Shown: in pieces, positions 8,295 to 17,073 of the stretch | Layout: every line of letters begins with the position of its first letter | Position numbering within the stretch: position 1 is the first letter of the stretch | DNA from: an uncultured Prolixibacteraceae bacterium | GTDB lineage: Bacteria; Bacteroidota; Bacteroidia; Bacteroidales; Prolixibacteraceae | Assembly: GCA_964611525.1 (NCBI GenBank) | Contig: CAZTAL010000160.1 | Location: 1-17,178, forward strand | Reading direction: 5' to 3' | Length of the DNA: 17,178 bases | Made by a program: the position numbers and the translations under genes | Notes under the pieces: generated by a model | Seen by the model: only the letters and a program-made list of their open reading frames with translations | Database searches by the model: none | What the model was told of the DNA's origin: nothing

Positions 8295-9020
8295 TTAAAT
8301 ATGAAAAAACCGTTTCAGGTCGGTAGCTTTTTTCAATCGGTAATGAATATAAAATAAAACTATGGAGATAAATACAACAGAAACAATCACAATCAGACTC
8401 CATCCAAATTTAAGGGTGTTGCCGGAATAAAGTGCAATTATTCCATCGGCGCAAATGCTTAACAAACCCGCAGCAATAAGCGAATAGGCGATAATATTCA
8501 ACCCTTTTTGTTTTGATCTTCTTATCATAAAAGAGAGAATAAAAACAGTTACATACGCTGCCAATAACATTGGCAAACCCAGGTTCAGCTCGAAACTAGT
8601 TGCTTTGGTATAAATATCTAACAGGATTAAAAGAACAGCAGTTGATAGAAAACTAATAGCCGTAAACAGTATAACTCTTTTGTGTGAGAAAGTGTACAGA
8701 GTAATATTAATAAATATAATCAACCCGACTGTTGCCGGATACTTTGACCATAGGATGGTCTGATTTTCAACCAGATTGATTACCAAAGTCATAATTATAC
8801 CTGAGATAAGGATTATACCCGAGATTTTCCAGAAAATCTTTCTTTTCTGCAGCCCTGTTAGTTTTTGAAAATCTGTTAGCAGTTTTTCTTCCTGCTGTAG
8901 TTTTCGGGATTTTAGATAGGCTAAATTATTAATGTTCTCATTTATCAGGGGTTCACCGCATAGAGAACAAAAATTAGCATTTTCTTCCAATTCTACACCG
9001 CAATGTGGACATTGTCTCAT
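8295..9020 (-). CDS. Membrane protein with N-terminal zinc-ribbon (CPHCG...CSLCG), 241 aa
   Basis: ATG at 9020..9018, 6 nt downstream of the acyltransferase stop. A CxxC-x13-CxxC motif is followed by 5 or 6 hydrophobic helices. Confidence 0.65.
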   Translation of the reverse strand: MRQCPHCGVELEENANFCSLCGEPLINENINNLAYLKSRKLQQEEKLLTDFQKLTGLQKRKIFWKISGIILISGIIMTLVINLVENQTILWSKYPATVGLIIFINITLYTFSHKRVILFTAISFLSTAVLLILLDIYTKATSFELNLGLPMLLAAYVTVFILSFMIRRSKQKGLNIIAYSLIAAGLLSICADGIIALYSGNTLKFGWSLIVIVSVVFISIVLFYIHYRLKKATDLKRFFHI

Positions 9021-9026
9021 TTTTCT

Positions 9027-10376
9027 TTATTTATTTGTTTCCAATTCAACAGCAATGTTCTGATCATTCATAAATTGAAGGAATTTTTCTTCAAATTTTC
9101 TCGAACTGGTTATATTGGCAAAACTTAGCACCAATTTATCTCCAAAACCAATTACACCACAACTTATTTTCAACATTTTATTGGGGGGTGGTGGCGTCAT
9201 AATAAAATGATCAACGAATTTTCCTGTTTCAGCCGGCAGTTCTATTTTCCCCAGGTTCGTAATAACCCCGCTGTATTGGTTTGTGCCTAAGGAATAGTAT
9301 TTCAACCGCAGAATTAAACTTTTCAGGAATAGCGGTATTCCACGGACATATAGTTTTTTTTCACTGCCGACGTTTCTTGAAATATTCTTATTGATCAACT
9401 TTTTATCTGTTTCTAGTTTTATCTGATGATAAACTGTTTTGATTATTTCATCAAAAGTATAATATCCGAGCCGCAGATCAATTTCAGGCATAACGAATAA
9501 TGAAAAATTGCGCATGGTTTTCGACGGAAAAATTTGTCGTAAATTAATGGGGACCTGAATACGAAGTATTTTATTCTTTTTGTATTTGCTCAAATTATTC
9601 AGATTTTTATATATTTCCTGCAAGGCATACAGGTAAACCGATACAAGATAAATAGTGAGGCTTACCCCTTTCCCGTTGGCAACCTTTTTCATTTGTTTCA
9701 ACGAAATGATAACGTTCATCAATGTCAGGCGGGGCTTGGCTTTTAGGGGATAAGGAAGGTGGAACGCTTTCGATCTTTTCACTATTGGAGGAATCTCTTC
9801 CTTGAAATAACGTTTATAAGCATCCTCATACTCCTCTTCTGAAACAGGGCCAATCGGATCGTTCAAATGATATTCGTGGGGAACTTCAGCCCCACATTCC
9901 AAAGAATATCTTACCAGAATAGATTTGAAAAACTCAAATGCTCCGCTGCCATCGGTTAAAATATGGGAAAATTCAACGCTTATGCTGTTGTTCTTCAGCA
10001 GGATTCGTATTAACAATCCTCCTTTGGAAAATTTCCTACAGCACTGTTTATCATCCACTTCAATGGAAATGTGCTTCGGCAGATATTCAAGGTAATACCA
10101 GAAAAACCCTTCTAAGAGTTGTACCCGGTAATAGGGAAACTGTTTTTCTGCAAACAAAACAGCTTTTCTTAAAGGTTTTATTTTAACGGGTTGTTTTAAT
10201 ATCGCCGACAATCTGAATACAGCTGTAACCTCTTTCGTGATAATGGCTGGAAATATTTTTGCTGCATTATCAAGAGTTATCCAAAATTTTTCGGGTTCTG
10301 ATGTAATATGGCTGCTTTTATTATACAAAGAAATATGCTTTTGTTGATGTAAAGAAATACAAATTTTAAAATACAA
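9027..10376 (-). CDS. HxxxDG-motif acyltransferase (WS/DGAT-, PapA5- and condensation-domain-like), about 449 aa
   Basis: FSHILTDGSGAF, with HILTDG at nt 9965..9948, lies about 138 aa from the start. That is the same position as HHAMVDGVAG in WS/DGAT enzymes. The only in-frame start after the upstream stop is TTG at 10376, and there is no ATG in the first 200 codons, so the exact start is uncertain. Confidence 0.7.
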   Translation of the reverse strand: MYFKICISLHQQKHISLYNKSSHITSEPEKFWITLDNAAKIFPAIITKEVTAVFRLSAILKQPVKIKPLRKAVLFAEKQFPYYRVQLLEGFFWYYLEYLPKHISIEVDDKQCCRKFSKGGLLIRILLKNNSISVEFSHILTDGSGAFEFFKSILVRYSLECGAEVPHEYHLNDPIGPVSEEEYEDAYKRYFKEEIPPIVKRSKAFHLPYPLKAKPRLTLMNVIISLKQMKKVANGKGVSLTIYLVSVYLYALQEIYKNLNNLSKYKKNKILRIQVPINLRQIFPSKTMRNFSLFVMPEIDLRLGYYTFDEIIKTVYHQIKLETDKKLINKNISRNVGSEKKLYVRGIPLFLKSLILRLKYYSLGTNQYSGVITNLGKIELPAETGKFVDHFIMTPPPPNKMLKISCGVIGFGDKLVLSFANITSSRKFEEKFLQFMNDQNIAVELETNK

Positions 10377-10508
10377 ATTTATTAATTATCATGGAATTAT
10401 ACGCTTCTGGTCTAACTGGTTTTAAAACTAAATGTGTGAATTATGTAACTCTTATTCGGAATTGTGAAAAATATGCGTAACTTGCACGGAATTAATAAAT
10501 TTATTACA

Positions 10509-10700
10509 ATGAACAAAGGAACAGTAAAATTTTACAATGAAACCAAAGAGTTTGGATTCATTAAAGACAACAATTCATCTAAAGAGTATTTTGTGCATTC
10601 ATCTGGTTTAAAAGATAATATCAGGGAAAATGATGAAGTAACTTTTGATCTGGAAGAAGGGAAAAAGGGATTAAATGCAGTGAATGTTAAACTTGCATAG
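10509..10700 (+). CDS. Cold-shock protein (CspA family), 63 aa
   Basis: MNKGTVKFYNETKEFGFIKD is the classic RNP1/RNP2 cold-shock domain. ATG is at 10509. The ORF-track TTG at 10464 would add 15 non-conserved residues and is less likely. A strong terminator follows. Confidence 0.9.
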   Translation: MNKGTVKFYNETKEFGFIKDNNSSKEYFVHSSGLKDNIRENDEVTFDLEEGKKGLNAVNVKLA

Positions 10701-10730
10701 TTTTGAGAAAATAATCAATTATAATATTGT

Positions 10731-10753
10731 CCCGCTGTTGGCGGGATTTTTTT
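10731..10753 (+). terminator. Rho-independent terminator of csp. Its T-run overlaps the stop codon of the convergent GT4 gene.
   Basis: Stem cccgc (10731..10735), loop tgttg, stem gcggg (10741..10745), then a ttttttt (10747..10753). Confidence 0.7.
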
Positions 10754-12998
10754 ATACTATTTTTAAGTCCGATTCATGATATTCTTCGTAAGCCTGCAGC
10801 ACCGTTAAATGAGAAATTAAGTAGGCCAGCGAACTTTCAGCCCCCTGGTTTCGGTTTACACCATAACTTTCGAATCCATCACAACATCCTTTAGTTTCAA
10901 AATCATACAAACTCATCCGCAAATCATTTTCACCCAGAAACCACAAAAAAGAGGTGTATAGTTTATTGAGGTAATCCTTGTCTTTGGTTACATGAAATGC
11001 CTGATGATACATTAACACCATAGCCATTGCATCAATAGGTTGCTGTGCAAAAACAGATCGTTCACCCTCTTTTTTATACCATTTTTCATTTCCAATAATC
11101 GAAAGGTAATTATCAATTAAAGTATGGTTTGTCAAAAAATTCATCGATTCGATTGCCGTTTTTGTAATTTTATTGTCGTTCAGTATTTCTGCTGAATGTA
11201 AAAGTGCCAGAGGTAAAATGCCATTATCATAAGCCAGTAAAGATTCGAACCATTTCCAATCAGTTGTCAGGTTTTCCATATATTGTTTTATTAATACATT
11301 CGCGAGATTTCTCAATCTTTCAGTCATGGAATCGTCTGACGGATTGCTTTTCAGATAGTAACAAATCCCAATCATTGTATTGGCAATCCCCCGGATAGAT
11401 TTCAATTTTTCAAAATTGGGAGCTGCATTAAAGAATACAAGTTTACCGGTTTGATAATAAGCATCATTTGGAGCATTTCCCAATAAATAGCCCAGAGCCC
11501 AAATCGTCCGGCCAAACGAATCTTCAGAGCCAATATCATCCAAAAAATTGCGGCTAAAACTCAGAAAATTACGGAAAGTCCCGTCTGCATTTTGCATGTA
11601 ATGAATATAGCTTAAATATATAGGAGACAATTCAAGAGCCCGTCTGTCTTTCATCTGCCGGAAAGCCATTAAAACCATCAGTAAAGCCCGCGAATTATCA
11701 TCCAGGCAATATCCTTCTTTTAAATTGGGGATACCAAATTTTGCATGTTGTATAATACCGGTGTCATCAGTCAAACGATTAATGTGTGCAAGCGAAAAGG
11801 GAGGAAGGATGAGTAAATCAGGTTCCGTTTCTTTCCGGAAAATAACCGGACTTTCTTCCTTCACTATTTTTTCGGCAAGTGTAACGTATTTTTCACCGGT
11901 TTTTGGCCAGGTAATTTTTCCCCCATATTCACCGGCTTTATTTTTTAGCTTATTGAGTTCTTCAGGTTTATCCAGGAGTTCAGTTAATATTTTCGCCAGC
12001 TCCGCGAAATCCTTAAAATTAAAGAGCCTACCCCTTCCTTTAGCCAGTAGCTCTGCGGCATGCCAGTAAGGTGTTGAAAGAACAGCCGCACCCACTCCAA
12101 CGGCATACGAAAGGGTTCCGCTGGTAATCTGGGCTTCATTCAAATAAGGTGTGATGTAAATATCACAGGCATATAGATATTTGAACAAATCCTGTTCGTC
12201 AATAAATTCGTTAAGAAATATTACATGATTTTCAAGCTGAAGATTTTTTACCAAACGCCATAAGAAAATTCGGTATTCTTCGCCGGAATGCCGTAACACA
12301 TTTGGGTGGGTTTTCCCCAGAACAATATAAATAACTTCGGGATATTTTTTCACTACTTCGGGCAATGCTTTTATAACTGTTTCAATACCCTTGTTGCGAC
12401 CAACAAAACCAAAAGTTAATAATACTTTTTTGTTTTGGAGTTTAAACTCTTTTTTTGATTTTTCGGGACTAAAATGAATATCCGGAACGCCATGTTCAAT
12501 CAGGACAATTTTTTCTCTTTGCACATCGTAAATACTTACCAAAAACTCAATCGCTTTATGGCTCATCACAACAATTTTATGGGCCATTTTACAAATTTCT
12601 TTCAAAATTGCTTTTTCGTTGTACGAAGGTGTTTTGAGAATTGTATGAAGTGTAACAATGAATGGAATTTCAAGCCGGTGAAGCAAAGGAAGTATATATA
12701 TCCCGCTTTGTCCCCCAAATATGCCAAATTCGTGCTGAAGGATACAAACATCGGCACCGCTAAGATTAATGTATTTCACCGCTTTTAAATAATCTTCCTG
12801 ATAATCTTGTCTGATGGTTAATTTAACTTCTTGCGGGTATTTATAAGTAAGATCGTTGTCATTTATTCCAACCACAAAACCTTCATGCTTGTGTTCATTT
12901 CGTTCGTTGGGCGTTAACATCGACCTGAACAGGTTGTTTGTAAAGGTTCCAATGCCGCATTCGCGGGGTGGATATGTAGCGATATAAGTGATTTTCAC
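10752..12998 (-). CDS. GT4 glycosyltransferase fused to a C-terminal (alpha/alpha)6-barrel glycoside-hydrolase-like domain, 748 aa
   Basis: The N-terminus MKITYIATYPPRECGIGTFT and the block GFVGRNKGIETVIKAL...LGKTHPN...ITPYLNEAQITSGTLSYAVGVGAAVLSTP are GT4/GT-B-like. The C-terminal roughly 370 aa is rich in aromatic residues and contains QGAESSLAY. It resembles six-hairpin glycosidases (GH63/GDE-like), but I am not certain of that. GTG at 12998 is the first start after an in-frame stop. Confidence 0.75.
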   Translation of the reverse strand: MKITYIATYPPRECGIGTFTNNLFRSMLTPNERNEHKHEGFVVGINDNDLTYKYPQEVKLTIRQDYQEDYLKAVKYINLSGADVCILQHEFGIFGGQSGIYILPLLHRLEIPFIVTLHTILKTPSYNEKAILKEICKMAHKIVVMSHKAIEFLVSIYDVQREKIVLIEHGVPDIHFSPEKSKKEFKLQNKKVLLTFGFVGRNKGIETVIKALPEVVKKYPEVIYIVLGKTHPNVLRHSGEEYRIFLWRLVKNLQLENHVIFLNEFIDEQDLFKYLYACDIYITPYLNEAQITSGTLSYAVGVGAAVLSTPYWHAAELLAKGRGRLFNFKDFAELAKILTELLDKPEELNKLKNKAGEYGGKITWPKTGEKYVTLAEKIVKEESPVIFRKETEPDLLILPPFSLAHINRLTDDTGIIQHAKFGIPNLKEGYCLDDNSRALLMVLMAFRQMKDRRALELSPIYLSYIHYMQNADGTFRNFLSFSRNFLDDIGSEDSFGRTIWALGYLLGNAPNDAYYQTGKLVFFNAAPNFEKLKSIRGIANTMIGICYYLKSNPSDDSMTERLRNLANVLIKQYMENLTTDWKWFESLLAYDNGILPLALLHSAEILNDNKITKTAIESMNFLTNHTLIDNYLSIIGNEKWYKKEGERSVFAQQPIDAMAMVLMYHQAFHVTKDKDYLNKLYTSFLWFLGENDLRMSLYDFETKGCCDGFESYGVNRNQGAESSLAYLISHLTVLQAYEEYHESDLKIV

Positions 12999-13059
12999 CT
13001 TTTGGTTATTGTGTTTTAGAAAGTAACTTTACTCTCAGAAATTCTCGTTAAATCAGGAA

Positions 13060-13194
13060 TTATATTAAACTTGAATTACTTTTACGGGACTTTTTTGCAG
13101 CTTTATCGAATCTTTTTTCTTTCAGGCTCCTTACTGCTTCCTTTTTCGTGTTCTTCCTCTTTTTCCCTTCTTTTTTTTCTTTCCCTTTTGTCAT
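13060..13194 (-). CDS. Possible 44-aa lysine-rich small protein, 24 nt downstream of floA. It is not in the supplied ORF track.
   Basis: The reading runs ATG at 13194..13192, then MTKGKEKKEGKKRKNTKKEAVRSLKEKRFDKAAKKSRKSNSSLI, then TAA. On the plus strand this is an extreme polypyrimidine tract. The frame could be open by chance through low complexity. Confidence 0.25.
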   Translation of the reverse strand: MTKGKEKKEGKKRKNTKKEAVRSLKEKRFDKAAKKSRKSNSSLI

Positions 13195-13218
13195 GATATT
13201 TGTTTTAAAAGTTAAGTA

Positions 13219-14178
13219 TTATTCTCCCGCTATGGAATCACGCATAGAGGTATCTGCCATTATGTTTTTATATTTCATATAATCCATTACGCCGAGGTTG
13301 CCTTTATCTAAAGCTTCAGCAATGGCTAGCGGCACTTTTACCTCAGCTTCAATGACCTTGGCCCTGGCTTCCTGTGCCTTAGCTTTCATCTCCTGTTCCA
13401 TGGCTATAGCCATAGCACGGCGCTCTTCAGCTTTGGCCTGAGCAATATTTTTATCAGCTTCGGCCTGATCCATTTGCAATGCGGCTCCAATATTTTTCCC
13501 TATGTCTATATCGGCAATATCGATCGAAAGTATTTCAAAAGCAGTGCCTGCATCAAGTCCTTTTTCAAGCACTACACGTGAAATAAAATCAGGATTTTCC
13601 AACACGGTTTTATGCGAGTGGGATGATCCTATTGATGAAACAATACCTTCACCAACGCGTGCAAGAACGGTTTCTTCACCTGCTCCGCCAACAAGTTGCT
13701 TAATATTTGCCCTTACAGTAACTCTTGCTTTTGCAATCAACTGTATGCCGTCTTTTGAAACAGCGGTAACAGGCGGTGTATTGATCACTTTTGGGTTTAC
13801 CGACATTTGAACAGCTTCAAATACATTGCGCCCCGCCAGATCAATGGCTGTGCTCACCTTAAATGATAGATCGATGTTCGCTTTTGATGCTGATACCAGA
13901 GCATGAACAACACTTGCAACATGTCCCCCCGCAAGATAGTGCGCTTCAAGATCGTCGCGATTAAGATGGACCCCAGCTTTCGTGCCTTCTATGAGGGCAC
14001 GGACGATAACTCCCGGAGGAACTTTACGGAAACGCATCAGGAATAGTTGCAGAAGAGATATTCTGACACCTGAAACAAGAGCTGAAAACCATAATCCAAT
14101 TGGGATTAAATAAAGGATGATAAAAAATAATACAATTATCGCTATTATTAATCCCCATGTACCGATTGATTCAATCAT
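13219..14178 (-). CDS. floA: Flotillin-like protein FloA (SPFH/band-7 family, YqfA-type), 319 aa
   Basis: An N-terminal transmembrane helix is followed by [61 protein letters not shown] and [42 protein letters not shown]. These are collinear with Bacillus FloA. The local GC content is visibly higher than in the rest of the window. Confidence 0.9.
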   Translation of the reverse strand: MIESIGTWGLIIAIIVLFFIILYLIPIGLWFSALVSGVRISLLQLFLMRFRKVPPGVIVRALIEGTKAGVHLNRDDLEAHYLAGGHVASVVHALVSASKANIDLSFKVSTAIDLAGRNVFEAVQMSVNPKVINTPPVTAVSKDGIQLIAKARVTVRANIKQLVGGAGEETVLARVGEGIVSSIGSSHSHKTVLENPDFISRVVLEKGLDAGTAFEILSIDIADIDIGKNIGAALQMDQAEADKNIAQAKAEERRAMAIAMEQEMKAKAQEARAKVIEAEVKVPLAIAEALDKGNLGVMDYMKYKNIMADTSMRDSIAGE

Positions 14179-14676
14179 TTTTTATTTATTTATAGGTTCT
14201 ACAATTATTCATTTGATAATCTTTAAGTATTTTATTTTGGCATTATGATCTATGAAACCACCAGTTGATTGGGTCTTTCAGTATTATCTGTTTCTAAATA
14301 ATCTTCCGTCATAGTCAAATTTCCATTAAATATTTTAGTATAAAAAATTTGATTATCTCTTTGACCTCGTTCGACTGGACTAACAAATCGTGGCCTATGG
14401 AAAACTTTTTTTGATTCAATTGCTATTATAATATTCCTTGTGTTATTAATAACGATTTAACTTAAAAGATGCATAGGAAATGTTTCTGTCAGTCCATCAT
14501 TTTCCGAGAATAAGTTAAACAATCCAATAAGGATTTAATTTAAAGATTTCGTATTTTTTTTAAATTTTATAATTGATAATCAAAGATATTGAAAGTATTC
14601 AATTTGTAACCACAAAAATAAAGCAATTTGTATTTTTTATTTATTTTATTTTTAAATGTTGCTAGTTCTCTGATGT

Positions 14677-15447
14677 TTATAACTTTTTTAATACATAGCT
14701 AAAATAAATATATTTATGTGATACAAATCGATTATATGTTTCAGAACCAATTGTTCCGGCAAAATTCAGGGCAATTTTACAGAAAAATTTTGGAATTAAT
14801 TTTTTTACAAGTATGCGCTTGCGTTGATCATCCAGCTTCAGGGCAGCTACAACTTCCTTATTAATGAATCTTTCTTTAAGAACAGACATCCCACTTAACT
14901 CCAGTTCCTTCCTCATGTCTTCCATTTCATAATCGTATCGAAAATCTGTAAATAAAAAATATCCATTAGGACGCAAGATACGAGATACTTCTACCAGAAA
15001 TGCTTTTATATCAGGGTAACGGTGCGATGATTCAACATTTATAACCACATCACAGCAATTATTCTTGAGATTTAAATTCTGTGCATCGCCGTGTAGAAAC
15101 ATTAAACCATTCGACGAATAATGGCGGTTACAAAATGCTACAGCCTGTTTATTCAGTTCTACCCCTTTAGCCGAGGCAGGTGAAAAATTCCTGGCGATAT
15201 AGAACAATCCTCCTCCCCGACCACAACCTATTTCTACAATATCTTTATTTTTTATCTCTGCAGCACTTACCAAATGATGATATAACTGGATAGGGTATCG
15301 ATCATGCTCATTTTGTTCATCCAGTGGGATTTCCTGATTACCATTACTATATCCGTAGTTCATAAATAAAATCTCTGCATTTTTATCAATCTTATTCAAA
15401 TACCAATACCAAATTTTAAACATAATTTCACGAAAACTGAACTTCAT
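14677..15447 (-). CDS. Class I SAM-dependent methyltransferase, about 256 aa
   Basis: Motif I is VEIGCGRGGG. The region LNYGY-like (FMNYGYSNG) precedes it, and the acidic post-I motif is GDAQNL. The start is placed at ATG 15447..15445, 7 nt after the upstream stop. The ORF-track TTG at 15522 and the ATGs at 15495 and 15489 would overlap the upstream gene by 35 to 68 nt. The start is uncertain. Confidence 0.75.
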   Translation of the reverse strand: MKFSFREIMFKIWYWYLNKIDKNAEILFMNYGYSNGNQEIPLDEQNEHDRYPIQLYHHLVSAAEIKNKDIVEIGCGRGGGLFYIARNFSPASAKGVELNKQAVAFCNRHYSSNGLMFLHGDAQNLNLKNNCCDVVINVESSHRYPDIKAFLVEVSRILRPNGYFLFTDFRYDYEMEDMRKELELSGMSVLKERFINKEVVAALKLDDQRKRILVKKLIPKFFCKIALNFAGTIGSETYNRFVSHKYIYFSYVLKKL

Positions 15448-15454
15448 AGTAATA

Positions 15455-16168
15455 TTAAAAATTATTTGACTTATTGTTTTCCAGATCATATACATGAAAG
15501 CGCACCTTTTGAGCCCAATCAAAGTAAGATAAAAATTTAGTAAATATGTGATATGATATAGGCTTCCCTATTTTAACTTTTATGGTTTTATTTCTCTTTT
15601 TAAACATCTCACGAGGCAAGAGCAATAACTCAATATTAACCTTGATCCCAAACCATTTCCTTATCATATATACCATATAAAATAAATTGGAATTTCTGCC
15701 ATAAAAATAGAAGGGGACTATATCTCTTTTACTTGAAGTAGCTTTTGCTATAAAACTTTTTTGCCACGCTGAATCCTGCACTTTTCCATTATTTAGTCTT
15801 GATACTATACCTGCAGGAAAGTGTGTAATGGGAATTTCTGAATTATATGTATCATTCAGCGCTTTTACATACTCTTTTGAAGAACGTCCGAAAACATTTA
15901 CCGCTGCAATCAATGGGCGCAATTGAGGCACAAACATAAAAGCATCATTAGCTATTGCTTTCAGGGTGCCATATTTTTTAAATACAATGAAGGTCAATAC
16001 TAATCCATCTATCACACCAAAAGGATGGTTTGCGACAAAAAAGCACTTTGCATTTTCCGGAAGGTTTTCTTCTCCTTCAATTTCCAACTTTAAATTAAAC
16101 TCTTCGATTATATTAATAAGAAAATTTAATCCACCACAATCTGAATACTTATCAAGAATACGGTTCAT
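15455..16168 (-). CDS. PlsC/LPLAT-family (lysophospholipid-type) acyltransferase, 237 aa from the first ATG
   Basis: NHPFGVIDG is an NHxxxxD block-I variant (H at 16027..16025). HFPAGIVSR is an FPEG-like block III. The upstream in-frame extension EIIKFNKDIKYIDIAKIINESNSKLLNKLPGFAVKWIAKIIREDE looks protein-like but contains no ATG, GTG or TTG, so the true N-terminus may differ. Confidence 0.75.
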   Translation of the reverse strand: MNRILDKYSDCGGLNFLINIIEEFNLKLEIEGEENLPENAKCFFVANHPFGVIDGLVLTFIVFKKYGTLKAIANDAFMFVPQLRPLIAAVNVFGRSSKEYVKALNDTYNSEIPITHFPAGIVSRLNNGKVQDSAWQKSFIAKATSSKRDIVPFYFYGRNSNLFYMVYMIRKWFGIKVNIELLLLPREMFKKRNKTIKVKIGKPISYHIFTKFLSYFDWAQKVRFHVYDLENNKSNNF

Positions 16169-16494
16169 TTCGTCTTCCCTGATAATTTTTGCAATCCATT
16201 TGACGGCAAATCCAGGTAGTTTATTTAGTAATTTTGAATTACTTTCGTTAATAATCTTTGCAATGTCGATATACTTTATGTCTTTGTTAAATTTTATGAT
16301 TTCTTACAATTTATCATTAACCTTTTTTTATTGATTTATCTTTAAAAATTGATGTCAAATTTAATCTTTGAACGAGTTCTTGTTTCACTTCATCAATGTG
16401 ACTTCTTTTAAAGGCAGACAAATTTAAGTTTTTAATTTGGATTTTGTCCACCATACAATCTTTAAACAAACAAATAAAAATAAAATATCCCCAA

Positions 16495-16719
16495 ATGGTA
16501 AATATTGATTTATCTTTGTATATTGCACCACCTGACCCGATTGATGCGATTAAATTCCGCATGGAGCAAATGGGAATGACTAAAGCTGACGTGGTTCAAT
16601 ATTTTGGTAGCCAAAGTAGAGTAAGTGAGATTCTTAATAGAAAAAGAAGTTTGACTTTGGGAATGATAAAATCACTATACAAAAGATTAAATATACCTGC
16701 AGAGATTCTATTAGCTTGA
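16495..16719 (+). CDS. HigA-type antitoxin HTH (XRE) domain protein, N-terminally short
   Basis: PPDPIDAIKFRMEQMGMTKADVVQYFGSQSRVSEILNRKRSLTLGMIKSLYKRLNIPAEILL matches the C-terminal HTH of long HigA antitoxins. The start is placed at the first ATG, 16495. The ORF track uses TTG at 16444, and another ATG lies at 16561. The frame is open back to a TGA at 16399..16401. Confidence 0.65.
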   Translation: MVNIDLSLYIAPPDPIDAIKFRMEQMGMTKADVVQYFGSQSRVSEILNRKRSLTLGMIKSLYKRLNIPAEILLA

Positions 16720-16731
16720 TTGACTTGAATA

Positions 16732-17073
16732 TCAACGTACCACAACAATCGCGGATAGTGCTAATTTCGAGAGTGTTACATCTAATAAGCTATGTAGCGG
16801 TTTGACTGATTCATGCTTCGAATTTCCAAACGACACCATACACGTAACCATAAGGGGCAAGGCCAAAAACGCTTCTAAGTACAACACTGTAGCTTGAAAT
16901 CCTACAGAATCTAAAACAGGCAATGCCACATCAAGATGCACATTTAAAGCATCGACATATCTAAGAGCAACAGCACATTTTTTACTCTTCCAGACTGTCT
17001 CCTCATATATTTGTCCATACAAGATATTTAAAGAAACTATGAACACAATAGACAATGCTTTTACCTTTATCAC
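16732..17073 (-). CDS. Hypothetical 113-aa protein with a signal-peptide-like N-terminus and a GTG start
   Basis: MIKVKALSIVFIVSLNILYG is followed by an unrecognised sequence. The start is GTG. The opposite strand is also open for about 57 codons over the same GC-richer patch, so the coding status is uncertain. Confidence 0.3.
   Translation of the reverse strand: MIKVKALSIVFIVSLNILYGQIYEETVWKSKKCAVALRYVDALNVHLDVALPVLDSVGFQATVLYLEAFLALPLMVTCMVSFGNSKHESVKPLHSLLDVTLSKLALSAIVVVR

Noticed and set aside
15448-15522. ORF-track 5-prime extension of the methyltransferase, starting at TTG 15522
   Set aside because: It would overlap the upstream acyltransferase gene by 68 nt and starts with TTG. An ATG at 15447 gives a conventional 7-nt intergenic spacing. 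The extension was kept out of the feature coordinates but flagged as uncertain.
16317-16562. 81-aa minus-strand ORF overlapping the HigA-like gene and its upstream region
   Set aside because: It has no recognisable motif and overlaps the better-supported HTH gene on the opposite strand. It is most likely a shadow ORF.
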